Assembly: GCA_904063045.1 (NCBI GenBank)
Contig: CAJFCJ010000029.1
Span: 434,001 to 498,000 of the forward strand
Length of the DNA: 64,000 bases
Direction: 5' to 3'
Source: Dimorphilus gyrociliatus
Taxonomy: Eukaryota > Animalia > Annelida
In this document: positions 53,677-62,660 of the stretch, in pieces
Layout of the letters: each line of letters opens with the position of its first letter
How positions within the stretch are numbered: position 1 is the stretch's first letter
The notes under the pieces: generated by a model
Seen by the model: the letters and a program-made list of their open reading frames with translations, nothing else
Database searches by the model: none
Told to the model about the DNA's origin: nothing
Translations under genes and position numbers: made by a program

Positions 53677-54382
53677 ACCAGGTTGTTCCGGCTGTCTGCC
53701 GGCTTTTTCGTTTATTTTTAGAGGAAAACCCCAATATTCACCTTGTCTTTCCACGCCATCTGCACTCAGTATTCTCGCTACATTTTTTTTGAGGCGCCAT
53801 CTGCACTCTACCTGCGAGAATACTTTGAAACAGTTTGCGCTAGATGCGGCATCCGCAACTGGTTTGCAAAAAAGATTTTCGATGGACTTATCTTATGTAA
53901 GTACAAAATACATGAATATTTGAGGATATTATAAATTCCTTGTGACATGAGGTAGGACCAGATTTACTTTACACTTGATTACTATTTGATGCAGTTAATT
54001 AAAAGATTAGGCATCTGGTAAGCAGAGTATAATCATCCACATGCTTTACAGATGGATGGATAAGTCCGTAGCTGGCCAAATTTTCTTACAAAATCCTTAA
54101 AATTCTTTATTTTTTTATAAGTAGAAGTAATTTATTTTTTTTTAAGCAAAACAAATTTTGCTCAGTGTAACAAGCTTACATCAAGAGAGCTCTCTGTCGT
54201 TCGTGGCTAAGAACGTCATTCCCCGGCGTTCTTAGCACTTCTTGACTGTTGTGTAGAAGAAAACTTTAAGCTAAAACAGTTCTTCTATTTGCATGTATAG
54301 ATTTACGGCGTGAGATGATAAAGCGTTCCGTAAGAACGATTTTCCACTTTATTTTGGCCTATCTTTTACCCCTCTCATTCTA

Positions 54383-55504
54383 ATGAAATCCACATTTCAG
54401 CCGATAACGTCCGGTTCTCCAACTATTTGTCTTATCGGATCGAACCGAACGAACACGACGTCGGAAGAGAGGATTTATCAAGTCGTCTATAAGGCCTACA
54501 CTTACTTACTGCCCATCATTTCTTCCTTCGGACTTGTCGGCAATATTCTAAATTTGATTATTCTTACCGGAAAGCGCGTTTGTTCCTCTCTAAGAACGGG
54601 AGAACGTTCGGCCAATGCTTGTCTAGTAGCGTTAGCCGTATCTGACATGTGTTTCTGTGTATTAGCTTTTCCGGCAGCCTTCGTTCATTCGGATCATTCC
54701 TATGAATCGGCTGCGTTTCTTGCCTACTACGACGCTTACTGTCCAGGAACAATAAACTTCTTTATACTGTCGAGTACATGGCTAACCGTAGCGATGTCTG
54801 CAGAAAGATGGCTAGCTATTTGTCATCCTCTAAAATCGAGAAACGCTATCACTTTATCCAGAACCAAAGTTGTTATAGTTGTAGTTTTCGCTATTTCCGT
54901 ACTCTTCAATATACCAGTTTATTGGCGATATAAGATGAAAACGACAGTAGAGTGTGGTCGAAGTATGGTAACTGTTGCAGAGGCGAAGATCATAAGCGAC
55001 AAATTTGAACATTCCTACCGGATTGCCTGGGCAGTTTTTGGTAATATTTTCCCGTTGTTGCTGCTCCTATTGTTTAACGGCGCTTTGATGCGTCAAATCC
55101 ATAAATCATACGCGATGAGGAGATTAATGAAGAACATGACTGGGAAACGGCAATCGGAGAGTGACGCTAGTAGACGTATTACACTGACGCTTGTTTCAAT
55201 CGTCGTCATGTTCTTCATTCTCGTTGCTCCAAGTGATGTTGCTAAGCATGTCACACTGCTTGTCGAAGAAGAACTGACAATGAACTTTACATACAAAACT
55301 ATCGAATTGATTACTAACGTCATGCAGACTATCAACTTTTCCGCCAACTTTGTTCTCTATTGCATCATTAACCCGTCTTTCCGAAGAAGTATGACATCAA
55401 GATTCGGTTGCCGAGAATTCGAAACGTCAGAGATGGCTCCAACTTCTTTTAGGATGTATAATACCAATCCGAGGTCAAGGTCGACTCGTAGCCTTCTTGA
55501 CTAA
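54383..55504 (+). CDS. Class A peptide GPCR, FMRFamide/MIP(sex-peptide)-receptor-like; intronless
   Basis: FGLVGNILNLIIL, LVALAVSDM, MSAERWLAICHPLKSR, FNIPVYW and TM7 INFSANFVLYCIINPSFR. Ligand unknown. Confidence 0.85.
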   Translation: MKSTFQPITSGSPTICLIGSNRTNTTSEERIYQVVYKAYTYLLPIISSFGLVGNILNLIILTGKRVCSSLRTGERSANACLVALAVSDMCFCVLAFPAAFVHSDHSYESAAFLAYYDAYCPGTINFFILSSTWLTVAMSAERWLAICHPLKSRNAITLSRTKVVIVVVFAISVLFNIPVYWRYKMKTTVECGRSMVTVAEAKIISDKFEHSYRIAWAVFGNIFPLLLLLLFNGALMRQIHKSYAMRRLMKNMTGKRQSESDASRRITLTLVSIVVMFFILVAPSDVAKHVTLLVEEELTMNFTYKTIELITNVMQTINFSANFVLYCIINPSFRRSMTSRFGCREFETSEMAPTSFRMYNTNPRSRSTRSLLD

Positions 55505-55626
55505 TTAGACTACATTAGTATTAAAGCTTCTAACTCGCTGCCGCCAATTTATCAACTTTGCTGTATATATGAAGTCTTAAGAAATCTAATAAGAATACTA
55601 AAATAAAAAGAAAGAGAAAGAAAGTG

Positions 55627-55632
<6 letters not shown>

Positions 55633-55665
<33 letters not shown>
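55633..55665. repeat. (GA)n microsatellite
   Basis: Perfect AG run after the GPCR stop. Confidence 0.95.
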
Positions 55666-55669
<4 letters not shown>

Positions 55670-56300
55670 AAGAGAAAGGAAGACGACAGAACAGAAAGAG
55701 TCCAATTGAAGAAAATGAACTGAAAAGACAGCTTATTCATAAAAGACGTCTAAAAATCATTTGTATAAAAAATTAGATATCTTAGGGTGTCTTTCTAGAG
55801 AGAATATTATATAATTGACTCATAGTATGGGTATAGTCAATATATTTCTTTTATATTTTTTAAATAAAGGAAAATATACAATCCATACTTTGTTGACAGG
55901 ATTTTCTCAATGATTAATTTTTAAATTGTTTGCCTGTAAACAGGAATGGAGTTTGGAAGTAAATAGATTGTTCCTCTAATATTTCGCGCATCAACGCCTT
56001 AGGCATCCCAGTTTGCACTTAAAAAATATTATACTAACTGAAAACATGAGCATAACAGTTATGCAGGAAAATAGAATAAAAATGGAAGGAAGAGGCCGGA
56101 AAATGGCTGATAAAAGCCTATTTATTACTAGTTATTTATGGTGTTAAGAAGTCCCGGTAAACTTTCAGTCGAAAATGACTACTAAAAAGTTAAATTTGAA
56201 AAGTGGATATCATTTTCTAAACGCGACTTAGTCAAGTAAAATTTACTATGAATGGCTTTTTTTTACTGAATATTGATTAACTGAATCGAATTATCCCTTA

Positions 56301-56454
56301 TGACGGCTTAATACTGTCGCCAGATGTTTCCGCTGAAACCCAATAGATGGCATAGTAAATTTCATAGAGGCGGAGCGGTTTGAAGTCACGTGGCATTGAC
56401 GTCAGAATGACAATCTGCTGACGTAGTTGCTAGGCCGAATTCCAATCGGTGACG
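56301..56454. promoter_or_regulatory. CRE/E-box/CCAAT cluster upstream of the short CREB gene
   Basis: TGACG at 56301, CACGTG at 56387-56392, perfect TGACGTCA at 56397-56404, TGACGTA at 56419, CCAAT at 56442 and TGACG at 56450. Confidence 0.6.
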
Positions 56455-56774
56455 CGAATTATTAAACTGGCACCGTATTCCAATTTTATTTGAAAGGCTT
56501 TTTTATGGTTCGGAAAGTGGTGGACTACAAATTTGCATAGGCCGACACGTATGGCATATGTGCTTTTTCGAAATTTAGGAGAGATTCATTGTCTTTATGG
56601 AAGAAAAGTCTGCAGCTGTTGAACGAAAATAAGAGTTTCTATTGTTACTTAAACATCAACTAAGCTGTTTTAACTGCTTCCGCATCAAGGTAGTACATTT
56701 TAAAGAAGAATCAGTCGATTAAAAGAAGAGAGGTTGATAGTAATCTGTTCTTTATACAACTTCATACTATCACA

Positions 56775-57134
56775 ATGACCAATTCAGCATCTACGCAAAA
56801 TTCAACATCGAATCCAACCATTCTTCAGTACGCTCCGAACGGTGAGGGGCAATTTTTCATTCCTGTTAGTGTCGCCGTTACGAACCAACAGCCTTATCAA
56901 ACGGCAACCACACTACTGCAAGAGAACACTGGTGTTCATGAGGAATCAAATAAGAAGAGAGAACTTCGTCTGTTAAAGAATCGCGAAGCTGCTAGGGAAT
57001 GTCGGCGGAAGAAGAAGGAATATGTAAAATGTTTAGAAAATCGTGTAGCTGTTTTGGAAAATCAGAACAAAGCTTTGATAGAAGAATTAAAGAGTTTGAA
57101 AGAAATTTATGGAGACAAAGAAGAAATTGTGTGA
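56775..57134 (+). CDS. CREB-like: Short CREB/CREM/ATF1-family bZIP protein (119 aa) lacking the KID; intronless
   Basis: KRELRLLKNREAARECRRKKKEYVKCLENRVAVLENQNKALIEELKSLK is the CREB1/CREM bZIP; TILQYA..GQFFIP is a Q2-domain remnant. There is no RRPSY motif. Confidence 0.9.
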   Translation: MTNSASTQNSTSNPTILQYAPNGEGQFFIPVSVAVTNQQPYQTATTLLQENTGVHEESNKKRELRLLKNREAARECRRKKKEYVKCLENRVAVLENQNKALIEELKSLKEIYGDKEEIV

Positions 57135-57860
57135 TTGTTAAGTGTTTATTAAATGAATTAATTGAAGATAATGAACAAAAGTGTACAAATTGGTGCTCAA
57201 TTGTGATTGAAAGCTATTCAATACAAGATATGTTGCTGAGATTAAGAAAAAAATGTACAAACAATCAGAAGTATAATCGTTTAAGACATTCTTAAAATGA
57301 TAAATAAGAAATTCTTAAAGAAATATGAAAAACATCCCCCAATAAAATTATACAACTAACTACTATTTACTTTCTTCTATTCAATTTAAATGCATTAATT
57401 ATCATAACTACCAATTTAAACAATCTTATAACTAATTACTGTGTTAACCGCAACAAATAAGCATTGCAAATACAGAATAAAGAAGAGAAGAATTCTAGAA
57501 ATATACTAGGCAGACTACCTAATCAATTACGTATATTAGTGTATATTATTTATTGTTCATTTAAAAACAATGTTCAATTAATATTGACATTTAGGAGGGT
57601 TAGAATATTCGGAAATTAAACTCAGTTTACAAGAGTAAACTTATCTTACTTAAGGAATTTTTAGGATTATATTTTCTTCATTCCTTCATAATGCAATCAG
57701 CTTTAACCTTAAGAAATGTAGAATTCTTTATGTAAGAGTTTTCTTAGTTTGTCATTCATTAGAATTAAATAAACTTCAAAAGATAAACTTTCTAGTTTAG
57801 GAAATCTTTCATTTTCGCTTCTCTCAATTTTCGAAAGAGTAATAGTTGGGGACGAAGTTG

Positions 57861-57957
57861 ATTGGTTGACAAACACGTGACGTTGAACTCTGAGCCTATA
57901 AGTAAAGCGTTACTTCCTCGGTTCCTGAATCAGAAGATATTACAAATAAAGGTAAGT
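57861..57957 (+). promoter_or_regulatory. Putative PDF promoter and non-coding first exon
   Basis: ATTGG at 57861, CACGTGACGT at 57874-57883, TATAAG at about 57897 and strong donor AG|GTAAGT at 57952, pairing with acceptor TAATCCAG at 58691, 2 nt before the PDF ATG. Confidence 0.55.
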
Positions 57958-58693
57958 AAGACGAAGAAAAGAGCTCTGCTTAAACTTTTCTTTACTTTTT
58001 ATTGTTGTTTCGTTTTATCACTCTTTTATTTTCCTTTTCTTTAAATATTTATAGCTTGAATGTTTTATATCGGAGAGACAGACAACAATTCAGCGAAGCC
58101 CTTTTCAAAATGTCTCCAAACAAAGAGACTTATAAATATTTTGTTAAATCAAGAGAGTAAATTAAAATAGTTTACAGCAATGAATACATATACATATTGT
58201 ATATGCTGTATAGATATATAGATATAGGTTCATACGTATTTAACTAGATGCTTAGTTTCTTAATTAAACAAAGTTGTGCATATGTTTTAAATTCAATGTG
58301 TATATTCATATAAGACTTGATAGAAGACTAAAGAAAATTTACGATACATCAGTATATGTTATATATAGAGGTGTATGCTTTTAAAACATATACACCTCTT
58401 GGAAGAGAGGAAGAAAAAAGTATTGCTACTTTGTAGCTAGAAACGGTTATGCTCCTTTATTCTATAAATATTTCCTGCACTTAATTTTTCTTTACCCTAA
58501 CAATATTGCCCCCTTTTATCAGAGGCACCTCTTAATGAAAAAGTCAATAAGTTAGTATAGGAGAAATAGCAGGTCGCAGAACAGATATAAGGTATAAGTC
58601 CTGCCTAAGCTGATGCACCTTTGTTTGACAAGCGCCTTTGGCAGACTAGTACTTGATGACGTAACGTAATCTTCTCGTATTCTTAATCCAGAT

Positions 58694-59067
58694 ATGGCAT
58701 ACGTTATTCGCTCGCTTTTCCTCATCGTACTCTTAGTCAACGGTCTTTTCGTCAATGCCGAAAACACTCAATCAAAGATGGTGGACGGTTTTTCACCAAA
58801 GACGGCACTGGTAAGTCTTCCTGTCGATTATGAGTGAAACCTTTAAAAAGAATGCTTCAATTTCGAGACGCTATTGTTTTTGACAAACCCCTCGCTTCTG
58901 GGTGTTAATTTGCTTTTGTATTTTCTCAGCAACTGGCTGCTATAGGAAGAAGATTACTAAGAATAGCTGCTGAAATGAGAGGCGACGTTGATGCCAAGAA
59001 GAGGAATTCTGGTATGCTCGATGCTCTAATAAATATTCCCGACTTTTTCAATTCTGGCCGTCGTTAA
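58694..59067 (+). CDS. PDF: Pigment-dispersing factor (PDF/cerebrin-type) neuropeptide precursor; exons 58694-58810 and 58930-59067, 84 aa
   Basis: Not in the ORF track. Translates as MAYVIRSLFLIVLLVNGLFVNA-ENTQSKMVDGFSPKTAL|QLAAIGRRLLRIAAEMRGDVDA-KKR-NSGMLDALINIPDFFNS-GRR-stop: signal peptide, basic cleavage site, 17-aa PDF-like peptide and amidation Gly. Confidence 0.9.
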
Positions 59068-61383
59068 ATAACGAAAAAGAAAAATGAAAAGTTTTTGAAA
59101 AAGAACTTTATCTGATCTCCAACTTTGAATGAGACTATTTAATGTCAATGAAATAAAATTTATCAGATCGAAATACATACAGAATCTTATCCAAGTTTTT
59201 CCCAAATATTTAAACAATCAGTTCAATAGATAACTAATAAACTGAAGAAAACTGAATCTATTCTAATCTCTCTTTACACTTCCTATAGTGTACTTTAAAC
59301 AAATTCGTTTTTATATAAAAATCTTTTCTCTCTTCTGTATTTTCCACTTGTTATCTATACACATACATACATGTACACATGTACTCTCTCTCTCTCTCTC
59401 TTTCTTTTTCTTCAATCTAACAATTTTCTTTTCTTATGAAAAGCAAGAGACAAAATAAAGCATAAGCGTAGATATTTCTCTAAGTTAACAAATATGGAGA
59501 ATATATAGAATATATATATATTTTAGGTTTAGAATATATTTTTTGATGCTCCGAATTAAGCTCTCAATCCCAGGGGACAATAGTTCGTAAATTTGAAGAG
59601 AAATGCAATCATTTCGGTAGGCATGTTTAGAAGTCTGAGTTTTCGGTTTGTTAATTGTTATATTGAAGGTTAAATTATATCCAAGAACTCATTTTATATG
59701 ATGAGTGATTAGCTCTTGTTCCTCTTTACTTATTATGGATCTCTTATGCTGTCTCACACAATGTAACTCGAAACTGTACAATAACAAAGAAAAAGTGGTA
59801 AATGATTAGCTTTCTTTATTTTCTTTTTCATGTGAATAATGGAACATCGATTAATTAGAATTGTATGTAAAATATTCAACTGTAGTAAGCTTTCAGGTTG
59901 GTTTTGTTAATAATCAGGTTTACTATTCCTCCATATAAAACGAAGGTTGTTGTTTGAAAATACTTTATATACTGTACATAAACTATTTTTAATAAAACAA
60001 AAAGCCTGTATTTTTCCATTTCTCTTAAGAATAACAAGTTAAGTGTACTGAAAAAAACGATTTGTATGATATTTTATATTCGTACGAATATAGAATATCA
60101 GAATATCTTAATCGCGTATATTAGTAATATTTTTAGTTTAGTAAAAGTACTCTAATCAATCTAAAATATACAGTCTACGGTTTGTCGTGAAGTTTTTTCG
60201 CGTGCCTGAAGACGCTATAATGCTATTGAAACCTTCATTACAGTTTTATTTCTTCACTAGCAAATTTAACCAGCGGTAAATTTAAGTTAGTATGGCTTAC
60301 TTTTATTTTCCTGGCTAACAGTTTTGGTATATATGGAATCATATGCATAATATTACATTATTCTACATTGGAATAGGTTTAATGAACTTTTTTCTACTTT
60401 ATCTTTACTGTATATTTTCTTAATCGATTTGTTGTTCACTCGTTCATTTCTGCTCTTTATTCTCCTTTTCTCTCCAATCATTTTTCTTTGATATATGCCC
60501 TTAACTTTCTTTCTAGAGGTGAAAAATTTCCTATGTTGGCAAGTATTCTTCTTTTCTATAAAAGCTAATCATCTTCATTTTTCCTATTAAGTAACGTTTC
60601 CTTATAGTATTTTCGTACATCTATGTCACAAAAATGTCATTTTAACCGTGGAATAAAACTTGTAGCCACAAGACATTTACCCTGGATATAAGACCTGTAA
60701 TAATTCGTAGTATTTAAGAGTTATAACACTTTATAAAATAATAAAAGAGGCGTCTATTATTCTTTAAAAAGTTTTTCAACATAATTATAAACCTTATCAT
60801 AGTCAAAAGTTTTCAAGAGCTTAATAATTCAAATGAAATTTTGTTAATAGTGAGAAATTCTTCAAAGGATGGTCTGACGTGCTGTAGTGCTGGTATAAAT
60901 TTTTCGTTTGATTCATCAAATTCGCCACCTAGCGACAGAAATTTACTTATTATTTCCCTTCCTGATTGCTGAACTAGTTCGACGCTGATATAATAAAAAC
61001 AATAAAAACATCAAGTCAAGATTTCCCAATAGAACATTTGAAAACGCCAAAGAGATGAACTTTGAAAAATATTTATGAATGAACCATTTAGTCAAATAAA
61101 CATTTCGTTATCTTATTGAGTTGTTTACTATTGGAAACATACAAATATTAAGAGTAACATACTCTGTTGACTAGTTTTCATTTCATTTATTATACCTATA
61201 TTTTTAAGAAACAGTGCAAAATGATCTAAATATTTATTATGATCATACAGGCACAATCCTATTTTATGCTTTCTTCTTTTTTCTTCATATTTGTTCATTG
61301 AAATATTAGAAAAATATATAAATTAAGCTGAGGAATTATAGCAACGACACGAGTTTTAATTCGAACCGTTGTCAGTCTGAAAT

Positions 61384-61845
61384 ATGAATACGTTCTCGAA
61401 AGAACATTGGGTTAGGAAGGTAAAAGACGCATCGAATAAACCTTATTCGACGTCTTATGGCGACTACGGTTATACTTCGGTGAATTGGCGTATGACTGAT
61501 AGGTTTCCGAAGCAACCGGATAGTCCAAGGACTGTTAGACGTAAGGCGGAAGAAGAAAGACAGTTCACGGAACGTCAACAGATGGAACAAAAGTACCTCC
61601 ATCAGAAGAAGGTTCGAGACTGGACGGAAAAGAAATTAAGAGAATCCGCAGAATTTTTCGATCAAGATAGTGTTCCCTTCAAGAAATCCGATAGAGAAAA
61701 GGTTACAGTTGTCCAGCGACGCCCTAGACGTCAACGAGATTTACACGTAAACGAACGCTTTTTCGACTACAAGTTCAACGAACCTTGGAGACACTTCCGT
61801 CACGACCACAAAAACAAGGGACCGTGGAAGCAAACCTACTGGTAG
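61384..61845 (+). CDS. Uncharacterised basic 153-aa protein; single coding exon
   Basis: ATG-initiated ORF markedly more GC-rich than its flanks, with a coiled-coil-like middle (RRKAEEERQFTERQQMEQK) and Trp/Tyr/Phe-rich ends. No family recognised. Confidence 0.65.
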   Translation: MNTFSKEHWVRKVKDASNKPYSTSYGDYGYTSVNWRMTDRFPKQPDSPRTVRRKAEEERQFTERQQMEQKYLHQKKVRDWTEKKLRESAEFFDQDSVPFKKSDREKVTVVQRRPRRQRDLHVNERFFDYKFNEPWRHFRHDHKNKGPWKQTYW

Positions 61846-62660
61846 ATCACCTAAAGACATTGTACGGCATAAATAGAGAAAATAATATCCTGTCTGTTAA
61901 ATGTTGAGTTGCACATTTATGAAACTCTAAAATATCAGAAGGGAAGTTTAATTATGTTTCAGATAATGTTATAATTACCTAATTATAATATTTAAATTCA
62001 CATTGCGATATGCTGTTAGTATATTTAAATATTTCACCACACGGCGAATAAGACAAGTTGAGTTTGCACATATAAAAAAAAGTATTATGACAACCATTCC
62101 TTCTATCGCTTAAGAGTGAAGGATTTTACATTAATAGAACACAAACGGTTATCTAAATCTACTCAAAATAGATGATCAAAGACATATCTTAAAAAAAGAA
62201 ATTAAACCTATTTAAATAATATAGGTTAGTATACTAACAAATAATTAGAAGACTTTTACAAATACAAATTCTATATATAAATATATATGTATATATATGA
62301 ATATATCTATGTATATGTATATATCGCATATATACGTCGTATTTACATTCTTTTATAGCATAGCAAGAACACATTTTTGTCCGCATTCACGCGTACTGTC
62401 ATTTTGTAGATAAATTGAATAGCACATATTGGCTAATGTAACTAATACGAGATAAGCAGTTCGCGGCACCAAGAGAAATCGGTCATTTAGGATGGACTTT
62501 AACCATTCTGGACGAGATCAATGATGCAGACACTTTCCATCACGTGTTTCTTTGTGAAAATCAGAATATTTGCTTTTTTTCAATTTTGAGATTTGATGTC
62601 TGCATTTAAATCTTGCGTAATCTGCATTCTTTCGACTAGAAAATATTGGAGGTTCAAAAT

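Noticed and set aside
57135-57600. Six ATTTA pentamers in the CREB-like 3' region suggesting an AU-rich instability element
   Set aside because: Expected by chance at this AT content; not counted as independent support for the ICER model.
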